In this document: positions 27,795 through 36,848 of the stretch, piece by piece
Layout of the letters: each line of letters starts with the position of its first letter
Numbering within the stretch: the first letter of the stretch is position 1
NCBI GenBank assembly: GCA_041659345.1
Contig: JBAZYI010000001.1
Coordinates: 1 to 56,856 of the forward strand
Length of the DNA stretch: 56,856 nt
Reading direction: 5' to 3'
From: Candidatus Nanopelagicaceae bacterium
Lineage (GTDB): Bacteria > Actinomycetota > Actinomycetes > Nanopelagicales > Nanopelagicaceae
Made by a program: the position numbers and the translations under genes
The notes under the pieces: model-generated
What the model was told of the DNA's origin: nothing
Database searches by the model: none
What the model saw: the letters and a program-made list of their open reading frames with translations, nothing else

Positions 27795-29027
27795 TTACCT
27801 GGTCAAGGTATGAAAGATGGAAACGCCTAAAGTGCTCCTGCCCAGGACCATAAGACCTAGATCTCGCGAATATCCAATCGAGATCGGCGTGCCAGCAACC
27901 CGATAGGCAGCAGTAATCACCCCTCTAACGTTAAAAGCGATCGCTACAGAAGTCTCCTTAGCCGGCTTCCACCCCTTTACCCCCGGGATCAGGGCGGTAG
28001 GCGAGAAGAGGGCAAAACGGGAGACAATTCCATCGGCCGTGATCGCTGATGAGGATGACGGGTAGCGGGTGGTCCACGTTGGCACAAAAGTAGAAGAGAA
28101 TTTCGTTACCACTGCTTCCATTTTTCCTGCCGCCACCGAATCGCCACCCAGAAATAGGGAGTTGGTTGCGCTCTGCCACGAACGGGCACTTTTCGAATTT
28201 GAACTTCGGATGGCCTTGCCTAGCTTTCCCGCAGCTGAAACCGAGGAAATGATTCCGTCTCGCTGTCCCATCAACTTTGTTCCAGAAATTGATTCGGAAC
28301 TTGCACCGAAAATTCCAACCATATTCCCTGCCATTTTCACCAGTGCGTTCAATTCAGTATCTGTTTTTCCAAGGCTAAGTGGTTTGCTCATAAACCCGTT
28401 TAAGTCAGCAGATGCATAAAACCCGGCATTGCCAGAGTTGGTGGATGCAATTCCAACAAAAGCGATTCCAGAAGCAGTGCTGATTGCAGCTCGCACCAGG
28501 ACTGGCCGATTCATTGCCAAGGTGAACGTACCCAACAGGTTTCCACTGCGTGAAACTTTCCAGGCAATCACATTGGTGAGATCGTGACGAATAGGCAGTG
28601 CGGGGTCGACCTGAACCAAATCGGGATTGAGCATGGTCGAGAGAGAAGTAACTGTGGCAGTGTCAAAGGGACTCAGGATAGGGATCGCAGTAGCAGAGGA
28701 GCCAAGAATCCAAATATTTCCCCGTGCATCAAAGGTCGCTGCGGTGGCGATTTCATTTGTGCCCGAATCAAGTGCGAGTGACCACTGAACTTGGCCCGTT
28801 TCGTCGAGCGCCTGCACATACCCGTCAGTGCTAACAATTCCAGTCACATTCCCAAATAGGTAGACATTCTTGCCTCGCACCAGCATTCCGTACGTTTGAT
28901 CTGTCCCGGAGAGCTTCGTGATGAGAGTCATTGGCGCGATCACTACAGCGGGAGTCACGCCTCGCGCAACCGTAGGTATTGATGCCAAAAGAATTACTGA
29001 GACCAAAAAAAGGGAAGTTCTCTTCAT
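27795..29027 (-). CDS. Secreted beta-rich repeat protein (possibly beta-propeller, SBBP-like), function unknown
   Basis: About 410 aa. Start reset to MKRTSLFLVSVILLASIPTVARG (signal peptide), which avoids overlap with proC. Recurring segments: GKNVYLFGNVTG, RGNIWILGSSAT, SGIAFVGIASTN, GNMVGIFGASSE, NSLFLGGDSVAA. Confidence 0.65.
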   Translation of the reverse strand: MKRTSLFLVSVILLASIPTVARGVTPAVVIAPMTLITKLSGTDQTYGMLVRGKNVYLFGNVTGIVSTDGYVQALDETGQVQWSLALDSGTNEIATAATFDARGNIWILGSSATAIPILSPFDTATVTSLSTMLNPDLVQVDPALPIRHDLTNVIAWKVSRSGNLLGTFTLAMNRPVLVRAAISTASGIAFVGIASTNSGNAGFYASADLNGFMSKPLSLGKTDTELNALVKMAGNMVGIFGASSESISGTKLMGQRDGIISSVSAAGKLGKAIRSSNSKSARSWQSATNSLFLGGDSVAAGKMEAVVTKFSSTFVPTWTTRYPSSSSAITADGIVSRFALFSPTALIPGVKGWKPAKETSVAIAFNVRGVITAAYRVAGTPISIGYSRDLGLMVLGRSTLGVSIFHTLTR

Positions 29028-29032
29028 ATACG

Positions 29033-29845
29033 TCACGCCAATTCTTGCGAACGATCACGTGCTGCGGTCATCGCCTTCTTTACGACTCCAGGTAGATCGG
29101 ATTGGGAGAATGAAGAAATCGCGGCCGCAGTCGTTCCATTTGGACTCGTCACATTCTCGCGAAGCGTTGTTGGACTCTTCTCTGAAGTCGATAACAATTT
29201 CGCCGATCCAACTATGGTTTGGATCGTTAGTTCGGTTGCTACCGCTTCAGAGAGACCAAGGTCCACTCCGGCTTTGATCATAGACTCAACAAAATAGAAG
29301 AAATATGCCGGACCTGAACCACTAACCGAAGTGACCGCATCTTGCAAACTTTCGTCGACTTCGACTACCCGACCTGTTGCTGAGAGAAAATCATGGACGA
29401 ACTGAGATTGTTCGGGAGTTACATTAGCTCCGACAGAAATTGCTGCCATCCCCTCGCCCACAAGTGTTGGTGTGTTTGGCATCACGCGAATCACTGGATT
29501 TTCAGGACCAAGAAGATTGGATATGAACTCAATGCGCTTGCCAGCTGCAAAAGAAATAAGCAAAGTCGATGGGCGAATCAAATTCTTCATATCAGATAAG
29601 AGAGATGCCATATCCTGTGGCTTAACGACAAGGAGAAGTACATCACTCTTCGCGACATTGCTCTCCAGGTCAGCGACTCGTACCCCATAAGTATCAGTCA
29701 ATTCGGCCGCACGTTCTTCGCGCTTCTCCGAAATGGTGATGGCTTCGGGTCTCACACCAGCAGTAATCATCGCGCTAATTAGTGCTTCGCCCATAATGCC
29801 CGCGCCAATAACACCAATGTGTCCAAGGTTGTCGATGCTCGTCAT
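29033..29845 (-). CDS. proC: Pyrroline-5-carboxylate reductase
   Basis: 270 aa with a Rossmann motif (VIGAGIMGEA) and the conserved C-terminal SPNGTT segment. Confidence 0.95.
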   Translation of the reverse strand: MTSIDNLGHIGVIGAGIMGEALISAMITAGVRPEAITISEKREERAAELTDTYGVRVADLESNVAKSDVLLLVVKPQDMASLLSDMKNLIRPSTLLISFAAGKRIEFISNLLGPENPVIRVMPNTPTLVGEGMAAISVGANVTPEQSQFVHDFLSATGRVVEVDESLQDAVTSVSGSGPAYFFYFVESMIKAGVDLGLSEAVATELTIQTIVGSAKLLSTSEKSPTTLRENVTSPNGTTAAAISSFSQSDLPGVVKKAMTAARDRSQELA

Positions 29846-29905
29846 GTCTCAAGGCTACCCGCAACTGATGTGCGTTATGAAGCAATAGCCCGTAGGCTCT
29901 GAGAC
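29846..29905. promoter_or_regulatory. Imperfect 13/14-nt inverted repeat bracketing the whole proC / Cys-rich gene divergent spacer
   Basis: GTCTCAAGGCTAC (29846-29858) faces GTAGGCTCTGAGAC (29892-29905). The outer 6 bp (GTCTCA/TGAGAC) are perfect. The arms abut both start codons. Confidence 0.4.
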
Positions 29906-29906
29906 T

Positions 29907-30719
29907 ATGTCCGAAATAAAGCCAGGGTTTGCTCGTGACTGGATCGAATTTACTGATCCTAAGGACGAACTTGAAATCTACAAGTGCGACTTAACTTGGC
30001 TTACTTCATATTGGACCTGCATTTACGGAGATGGCTGCAAGGGAGTTTTTGCCGATCGTCCAAATGATGGTTGCTGCACTGAGGGTGCAATGTATTCAGA
30101 CGAGGATGACGAAGTTCGAGTTCAAAATGCGGCCAAGTCACTAACACACGACATGTGGCAGTTTTATGACCGCGCACATACCAATCTCTCAGGCGACTCT
30201 CTGCAAATCTCAGAGACAGATGAAGAGAATGAGCGAAAGACTCGGACGGTCGATGGATCGTGCATATTCCTAAATCGCAAAGGTTTTGAAGCTGAGGGAT
30301 TCACTGGAAATTTCGGTTGCGTGCTTCACCACCTCGCGCAGAAAGAAGGAAAACACTTCGTTGATACAAAACCAGATGTCTGTTGGCAACTTCCACTCCG
30401 TAGAAGTTTTGAAACTCGCGAAGTCGGCGAGCGCGAATATTCAATAACGGTAATTGGGGAATACGAACGCCTTGCCTGGGGCGACGGCGGGAATGACTTC
30501 GACTGGTACTGCACGAGTAATACCGAGGCGCATGTTGGCCTCGAACCCGTGTATATCTCCAACCGGAGCGAACTCATCGCGCTCTTGGGCCAGGATGTCT
30601 ATGACATTTTGGTGAAGTACTGTGATGAGAGAGTCGCAGCGGTTAAAGAACTCGCAAAGCGCCAACTCCCTCTATTTGTGCTTTCCCACCCCGCCTCAAT
30701 CGCATCCGGGCGGATCTAG
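29907..30719 (+). CDS. Conserved Cys-rich hypothetical protein (possible YkgJ-like metal-binding fold)
   Basis: 270 aa with 11 Cys, including CIYGDGCKG, NDGCCTEG and SCIFLN...FGCVLHH...KPDVCWQLP. The last pattern resembles the C.FL...C.IY..RP..C motif of the YkgJ (CxxCxxCC) family. This is recognition by eye only. Confidence 0.55.
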   Translation: MSEIKPGFARDWIEFTDPKDELEIYKCDLTWLTSYWTCIYGDGCKGVFADRPNDGCCTEGAMYSDEDDEVRVQNAAKSLTHDMWQFYDRAHTNLSGDSLQISETDEENERKTRTVDGSCIFLNRKGFEAEGFTGNFGCVLHHLAQKEGKHFVDTKPDVCWQLPLRRSFETREVGEREYSITVIGEYERLAWGDGGNDFDWYCTSNTEAHVGLEPVYISNRSELIALLGQDVYDILVKYCDERVAAVKELAKRQLPLFVLSHPASIASGRI

Positions 30720-30745
30720 TCAGACCTTCGCTCTAGGCTATCCCC

Positions 30746-32113
30746 ATGGCAAAACCCGAAAAGGACCCCTACCGCTGCTCTGAGTGCGGTTGGACGACCA
30801 CAAAATGGGTTGGTCGATGTGGCGAGTGCCAAGTGTGGGGCTGTGTCGAAGAGATTGCGGCGCCGAAGCGCCTCTCGCTTGTGCCAGGTGCAGTGACAAA
30901 AGATGCTTCCCCCATTGGTGAAGTAGACCTTTCAAGTGCCGCTGCTCGCTCAACTGGAGTTTCCGAATTAGATCGTGTCCTCGGTGGTGGGTTGGTTCCC
31001 GGTGCCGCGATTCTTCTCGCCGGCGAACCGGGAGTCGGCAAGTCGACGCTCCTCCTCAGTGTTTGCGCAAAAAGCGCGTCGCGCGGAATGCGCGCGCTCT
31101 ACATAAGTGGTGAAGAATCAGCTTCACAGGTGCGGCTTCGCGCCGAGCGAATCGGTGCGGTTGATCCCCTTCTCTGGATTGCTTCTGAAAATGATCTCGG
31201 TGCAGTTATCTCTCACATAGATTCTGTCAAGCCGGACCTACTTATTATCGACAGCATCCAGACAATCAGCAGTGGAGCCGCCGAAGGCGCCGCCGGCGGA
31301 GTAACTCAAGTGCGCGAAGTCGCAGCCGCACTCATCCGGCTTACAAAAGAGCGCGACATCACGCTCTTACTTGTCGGTCATGTTACGAAGGATGGTTCAA
31401 TCGCCGGTCCCCGCTTGCTCGAACACATTGTCGATGTCGTACTCCAATTCGAAGGCGAACGCCATTCACGACTGCGACTTATCCGTGCAACGAAGAATCG
31501 CTTCGGGACAAGCGATGAAGTTGGCTGCTTTGACTTACATGACGGTGGCATTGAAAGCGTTGCGGATCCAACCGGACTATTCACTTCACGACACACCGAA
31601 CCCGTACCAGGCACGTGTGTGACGGTGACATTAGAAGGCCGTCGCCCACTACTTGCAGAAATACAAGCACTCGTGGGAGCGGGTCGCGAGAACGATTACG
31701 GAAATGCACGCCGAGTGACGAGTGGACTTGATTCTGCACGTACATCAATGACATTGGCCGTCCTTGAGCTCCGCGCCAATATTAGGATTGCTGGCCGCGA
31801 TGTTTACGCCGCAACCGTTGGTGGAATGAAGATGACCGAACCCGCAGCGGACTTGGCCCTCGCTCTGGCTGTCGCATCCGCGGCAAAAGGGTTGGCCCTT
31901 CCTGGAGACCTCGTTGCAATTGGTGAAGTCGGACTTGCGGGCGAAATACGAAAAGTGAGTGGTGCTGACCGGAGATTGGCGGAGGCATTTCGTTTGGGAT
32001 TCAAACGCGCTCTTGTTCCAACGGGAAGCGACACAAAGATAGATGGTATGGAAATTGTTGAAGTTTCCAGACTCGACCAGGCACTTAAAAGGGTAAAGAT
32101 CACTGGGGAATGA
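30746..32113 (+). CDS. radA: DNA repair protein RadA
   Basis: 455 aa with an N-terminal zinc finger (CSECGWTTTKWVGRCGECQ), Walker A GEPGVGKST, the KNRFG motif and a Lon-like C-terminal domain. Confidence 0.97.
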   Translation: MAKPEKDPYRCSECGWTTTKWVGRCGECQVWGCVEEIAAPKRLSLVPGAVTKDASPIGEVDLSSAAARSTGVSELDRVLGGGLVPGAAILLAGEPGVGKSTLLLSVCAKSASRGMRALYISGEESASQVRLRAERIGAVDPLLWIASENDLGAVISHIDSVKPDLLIIDSIQTISSGAAEGAAGGVTQVREVAAALIRLTKERDITLLLVGHVTKDGSIAGPRLLEHIVDVVLQFEGERHSRLRLIRATKNRFGTSDEVGCFDLHDGGIESVADPTGLFTSRHTEPVPGTCVTVTLEGRRPLLAEIQALVGAGRENDYGNARRVTSGLDSARTSMTLAVLELRANIRIAGRDVYAATVGGMKMTEPAADLALALAVASAAKGLALPGDLVAIGEVGLAGEIRKVSGADRRLAEAFRLGFKRALVPTGSDTKIDGMEIVEVSRLDQALKRVKITGE

Positions 32114-32118
32114 ACTCC

Positions 32119-33024
32119 TTACTTCTTACCCGAGCGGGCTCCAACCGCCTCTCTCGACAGATCCAAAGCCGCCTTCGTATCTCTCCAGTTTCGTTGTGCC
32201 AGCGCCACACAGAGACAGTCCACAACAGTTAACTGTGCGATACGACTCGCGGTCGCTCCACTTCGAAAGGTGGTTTCCCGCGCCGATGTGTAGAGGACAA
32301 CATCTGCAAGAGCAGTTGAAGGACTGCGCAGACCGTTGGTGATCAGAACAATCTTTACCCCGCGCGCTTTGAATTCAGTTATGACATCGACAATATCAAC
32401 GGTAGTTCCGCTATGGCTGACGGCCACCAGAACATCATTGGGTTTAAGTACGGAGATTGAGGTGAGAGCCGAATGGGCATCTCTCCATGCAATTGCATTC
32501 TTACCCAGTCGATTCAACTTCAACTGCAAATCCATCACTACATAGCCACTGGATGCAACACCGATCAGGCCAATAACTTCAGCCTTTTCCCAAGCATCAA
32601 CGGTGGCCACAAAACTCTCCACGTCGAGGCGCTCGGCGGTAGATTGAATGGCTCTCGCATCGGCTTGCGAAATCTTACGAATAACCTCCTCTGGTGAGTC
32701 CTGGATAGTGATACCACCATCAAGTTCACTTCCATGAATGCCAAGGTGCTCTCTCCGACTCAACTCACTCACGAGGGCCATGCGAAAATCTGGAAACCCC
32801 TTGAACCCCATGGCCTTACTGAACCGAACAACAGAGGCAGTTGACGTTTCACTGAACGCCGCGAGTTGAGAGATATTCATCCCAGCCACCTCGTCAGGAT
32901 GATCAAGGACGGCATGCGCAATCGCCGCCTCGCTTGCGTGAAATGAAGAGAATGAATTGGCAATATCTCCTAAGAGATCTTGGTAATTTTTGGATATCTG
33001 CCGCATACCGTCATCCAGAACCAT
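32119..33024 (-). CDS. murR: RpiR/MurR family transcriptional regulator (HTH + SIS domain)
   Basis: 301 aa with an N-terminal HTH_6-like segment (ISQLAAFSETSTASVVRFSKAMGFKGF) and a SIS domain (GVASSGYV..., VSHSGTT). Last gene of the epimerase-hydrolase operon. The symbol is inferred from context. Confidence 0.75.
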   Translation of the reverse strand: MVLDDGMRQISKNYQDLLGDIANSFSSFHASEAAIAHAVLDHPDEVAGMNISQLAAFSETSTASVVRFSKAMGFKGFPDFRMALVSELSRREHLGIHGSELDGGITIQDSPEEVIRKISQADARAIQSTAERLDVESFVATVDAWEKAEVIGLIGVASSGYVVMDLQLKLNRLGKNAIAWRDAHSALTSISVLKPNDVLVAVSHSGTTVDIVDVITEFKARGVKIVLITNGLRSPSTALADVVLYTSARETTFRSGATASRIAQLTVVDCLCVALAQRNWRDTKAALDLSREAVGARSGKK

Positions 33025-33033
33025 AGTTCCCCC

Positions 33034-34122
33034 TTAGCCGTGGATCTTCTTGTGAATTGCGCTTAAAAAAGGTTGCCAGAGCAGCTCCGTCACGGGTATT
33101 TCCCCTTCACGATGAAGCCGGTTTGTCAGGAGAGTGGCCACGCAATCATGCTCCGGAGAGAAGGCAAGAACAACACCGGGGAAGCCGGTGTGCCCAAAAA
33201 ATTCGGAGGTGCACCCCTCGTAAGTATCAGTCCAACTCCTCAAACCAAGTTGCTGACCGGAATCAGGGCCAGGTGAGAGGAACTCACTCGTAACTTTTCC
33301 AGAGTAGCTCCCCTCATCTCGCGCACTTGAATTCATCGCTTCGCCAAATGTCAACAGATCATTGGCATTTGTGAAAAGTCCAGCGTGCCCCGAGACTCCC
33401 CCAAAGAGGTGAAAAGCATTTCCATCGTTTACTTCGCCGACCAACACGTGTGTTCTCCACCTATTGAATTGCGTAGCTTCTTCCGGAACTGGAAATGGAA
33501 TCTTGGAAACAACCATCTGCTTTTCAATTACATCACCAAGGGATGTAGCAGCCACAGAGGCACCCGGCTGTGGCATTGCATAACTTGTTGCATTCATGCC
33601 AATTGGTTGTAGAACCAGATTCTTCACTAAAGTCGCTAAATCAGCGCCGACTAATGAGATGAGAATTTGCCCGAGTGAAATGAAGCCAAGATCAGAGTAA
33701 TGCCGGCCTTCACCTACTGGATATCTCAAAGGCATCTTTGCAATTTCCTCAACTATCATCTCAGAGTCGTGCACCGAAATGTAGAGTGGTCGCCATTCCC
33801 ATAATCCGCTTCTGTGGAGAAGTAGGTCACGCACCGTTATTTCGTCTTTATCGGAATTTGACCATGCACTTAAATATTTCGACGCTCTGGCATCTAAAGA
33901 AATTTCTCCTGCATCAACCAGACGCATAATCGCCGCGGTAGTTGCGAGAACCTTGGTAATCGAACCCACATCAAAGGATGTCTCCACTGTCATGGGCAAA
34001 GGGGAGTCGACACCGAAGACCTGTCTATCTCCATACGCGTCTATCGTTCTCGCGCCACCGACGGAAAGTCCAAGCACCATTCCAGGGACTTGTGTGAGCG
34101 TCTGATCAATTAAATTCTTCAT
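33034..34122 (-). CDS. Beta-lactamase-fold (class C / DD-peptidase-like) serine hydrolase
   Basis: Start reset to ATG 34120-34122 (MKNLIDQ...), giving an ATGA overlap with the epimerase stop. Motifs S-x-x-K (GSITK), Y-S-D (HYSDLG) and H-T-G (FGHTGFPG) are all intact. No signal peptide is visible. Confidence 0.8.
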   Translation of the reverse strand: MKNLIDQTLTQVPGMVLGLSVGGARTIDAYGDRQVFGVDSPLPMTVETSFDVGSITKVLATTAAIMRLVDAGEISLDARASKYLSAWSNSDKDEITVRDLLLHRSGLWEWRPLYISVHDSEMIVEEIAKMPLRYPVGEGRHYSDLGFISLGQILISLVGADLATLVKNLVLQPIGMNATSYAMPQPGASVAATSLGDVIEKQMVVSKIPFPVPEEATQFNRWRTHVLVGEVNDGNAFHLFGGVSGHAGLFTNANDLLTFGEAMNSSARDEGSYSGKVTSEFLSPGPDSGQQLGLRSWTDTYEGCTSEFFGHTGFPGVVLAFSPEHDCVATLLTNRLHREGEIPVTELLWQPFLSAIHKKIHG

Positions 34123-35150
34123 GCCAGGCTCACCTCCCCGCCCGCATACTTGATAGTGGAATCGCTCGCCCACCACGATGCATCCAAGTCATGAACCTCA
34201 TCGGGGGCAATTGTGCCTGCCAATGCGGCGGCTGCATACACGCCGCGATCCCCTTCCATCATGCTTCCAACAAGGGCTTTGACTCCTGCTTTTCTGGCGA
34301 AATCAGCCATGTCAAGTGCAGGAGCGATACCGCCAGATTTAAGGAGTTTGAGGTTTACGAGATCCACCGCCTCCAACTCGACGAGTTCGTGAAGGTCTTT
34401 CATAGTAAAACATGACTCATCGGCCATGATCGGCACGTCAGTATTTCGACGAATCTGCGCCAGCGCAGATTTATCCTCTGCGGGCGTTGGCTGCTCCAAA
34501 TACTCAATGGTGAGCCCTAATGACTCAACTCTTCCCAAGAAGCCCAGAGTGTGGGCCACGGTCCACGCTTGATTTGGATCCACCCTGATGCTCGAACAAT
34601 CCCCAACCAGCTGATTAATCAACTGAAGTTTTTGAACAGATAACTCGATCGGCTCCATAGCAAGTTTCACTTTGTATGAATGAAATCCCTCTGCAATGCG
34701 GTACTGGATTATTGCAGGCAGGTCAGCCAACTCGGAGATTGGAATCGTCACATCGGTGGCGACAGATTGCGCTCGGCAACCAAGAAATGCAGTTAAGGAT
34801 AAATTTTCCATCGCCGCGGAGAGATTGAAGAGCGCTAGGTCTGCAGCAGCCTTTGCACTCGATACGACCGACAACTCTGCAATACCGGCGCTCAGTTCAA
34901 GTGCAGACGAGAAAGTAGAACCACTAAGAAATTCCTTTATGGGCCCACTTAAATCAGCAAGTATCATCTCCAGGGTATCGCCTGTAATTGCTGGTGTCTC
35001 AACTGCTTCACCGTAGGCAATAAATCCATCATCTGTTTCAATCTTGAATTCAATTACTTCAAAGTTCGTGACAGTGCGCAAGGAAGTTCGGAATGGTTCC
35101 TTCAGTTGACGCGACCTAGTTTGAATTGAGATTCGACTAATCGAATTCAT
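34119..35150 (-). CDS. Dipeptide epimerase (L-Ala-D/L-Glu epimerase-like, enolase superfamily)
   Basis: 343 aa with YKVKL (KxK), DPNQAW, LEQP, MADES and NLKLLKSGG catalytic-site segments. SD GGAGG lies upstream of ATG 35148-35150. Confidence 0.85.
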   Translation of the reverse strand: MNSISRISIQTRSRQLKEPFRTSLRTVTNFEVIEFKIETDDGFIAYGEAVETPAITGDTLEMILADLSGPIKEFLSGSTFSSALELSAGIAELSVVSSAKAAADLALFNLSAAMENLSLTAFLGCRAQSVATDVTIPISELADLPAIIQYRIAEGFHSYKVKLAMEPIELSVQKLQLINQLVGDCSSIRVDPNQAWTVAHTLGFLGRVESLGLTIEYLEQPTPAEDKSALAQIRRNTDVPIMADESCFTMKDLHELVELEAVDLVNLKLLKSGGIAPALDMADFARKAGVKALVGSMMEGDRGVYAAAALAGTIAPDEVHDLDASWWASDSTIKYAGGEVSLA

Positions 35151-35182
35151 CGAACCTCCGATAATTGAGTAGGCTTGCTTCC

Positions 35183-35695
35183 ATGGAATTCACAATTCGC
35201 GCTGGCAGAGCGGAGGACATCGATGCCATCGTCCGGATCTTTCGTGCTTGCTGGACGCAGTCATACAGCGAAGTACTTAATGAAGAAGTTCGAAAGGCGA
35301 TGACGGAAGAAAAAGCATACGAACTTTGGGTACCGTCTTTATCCACAAATGCTGATCGGGAGACTCTCGTTGCCTGTATTGATGATGCTCCTATCGGAAT
35401 TGCACGCATAGGATCCGATCCTGACTTGCCATCCCGAGGACACTTATTTTCTTTATACGTAGACCCCGAAAGTGCCGGAAAAGGCTTTGGAAAGGCACTT
35501 CTCACTGCAGCACTGGATAAATTGTCAGTGCGCCAATTTAGTGAAATCTCACTCTGGGTTTTCAAAGCTAATCCTGGCGCGATCGGGCTCTACAAGAAAT
35601 TGGGTTTTGAACCAACTGGGAGAGAACGCACAGACCCACGTTGGCGCAGTTTGGAGATTGAACTCCTCCGTAGTCACGTTACTTCACGACCCTGA
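35183..35695 (+). CDS. GNAT family N-acetyltransferase
   Basis: About 170 aa from ATG 35183 (MEFTIRAGRAEDIDAI). Acetyl-CoA motif VDPESAGKGFGKALL. The track ORF starts at TTG 35165. Confidence 0.8.
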   Translation: MEFTIRAGRAEDIDAIVRIFRACWTQSYSEVLNEEVRKAMTEEKAYELWVPSLSTNADRETLVACIDDAPIGIARIGSDPDLPSRGHLFSLYVDPESAGKGFGKALLTAALDKLSVRQFSEISLWVFKANPGAIGLYKKLGFEPTGRERTDPRWRSLEIELLRSHVTSRP

Positions 35696-36848
35696 TTCTT
35701 GCAGGCTTAACATTAAGTGGTGTTGGCACGACGAAAGGCCCTGAGCCGGGTGTCAGTGAACCAAGGAGTCTCTCGCCATCAGCCCCGGTGCAACTCGGTA
35801 TCTGGCCAGGCAACCCATGAAGAGTGAGATATCCAATCAGCGCGAAGGTGATTGACTCTTTTGCTCGTGGATCTATTCCTAATTCTGAGATCGATAAGAC
35901 TTTACATTGTGTTAAGCGCTCCTGCAGTCGCTTCATCATGACTGGGTTGGCACTTCCGCCACCTGCGATAAAGAGTTTGGATAGAGAGTTTCTCTCAACT
36001 TCACGCGCCACCGTTTCGACGGTGAGCTCCAATAATGTGGCCATAAGGTTTTCGATATTCCACGAATCCACCGGACCTGCATGAGTGATGAGATACGGAA
36101 GGTGAAATAGTTCTTTGCCAGTGGTTTTTGGGGCTGACAAAGAATAATAGGGTTCTTCAAGGAACGAGTTGAGAAGTTCTGGATCTACCTTTCCTGCTCC
36201 CGCGACTTTTCCATCCTCATCAAAAGAAACACGACCTTGTGAATGGGCGAAGATTGCAGCATCAAGTAATCCATTTGCCGGCCCAATGTCATAGGCAATC
36301 GGAAGAACTGACTTTCCAGCGATTGTAATATTGGAAATTCCGCCCAAGTTAAGGGCACCTTCTGGACTTTCACTATGGCCTAGAAGCAATTGATCTAGAA
36401 CGCTCACCAGTGGTGCTCCATGCCCACCCGCGGCTATGTCGCGGGAGCGGATGTTAGAGAGCACCTGCACTCCCGTTTCTTCGGCAATCCATGAAGCCTC
36501 TCCGAGTTGTAATGTCCCCTTGGCTTTGTGGCTGGCATCAATCCAATGAAAGAGTGTCTGTCCGTGTGAAACTATGAGATCGGGCTCAAAGGAATTTTCT
36601 GCAATTGCGTTCTGAGCAGCACGTGAAAAAGCTTGGCCGATCAAGGTATCCAGGACGCATACTCGCTCCATATCAATCGAACGAGGTGGCATTGAATCAG
36701 CGATCAGTTGATGAAGTTCATCCGAATACTCAAGGGACGAAAAGCCTACTTGTTTGACTTCGATTACGTCATCCACCTGTGTGAATTCGCAGCAGGCGAC
36801 ATCTATTCCATCGTAGGACGTTCCGGAAATCATTCCAATTACTTTCAT
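35679..36848 (-). CDS. anmK: Anhydro-N-acetylmuramic acid kinase
   Basis: 389 aa with N-terminus MKVIGMISGTSYDGIDV and ASKHA-fold segments typical of AnmK. ATGA overlap with the upstream ABC ATPase stop. Confidence 0.92.
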   Translation of the reverse strand: MKVIGMISGTSYDGIDVACCEFTQVDDVIEVKQVGFSSLEYSDELHQLIADSMPPRSIDMERVCVLDTLIGQAFSRAAQNAIAENSFEPDLIVSHGQTLFHWIDASHKAKGTLQLGEASWIAEETGVQVLSNIRSRDIAAGGHGAPLVSVLDQLLLGHSESPEGALNLGGISNITIAGKSVLPIAYDIGPANGLLDAAIFAHSQGRVSFDEDGKVAGAGKVDPELLNSFLEEPYYSLSAPKTTGKELFHLPYLITHAGPVDSWNIENLMATLLELTVETVAREVERNSLSKLFIAGGGSANPVMMKRLQERLTQCKVLSISELGIDPRAKESITFALIGYLTLHGLPGQIPSCTGADGERLLGSLTPGSGPFVVPTPLNVKPARIRVVK

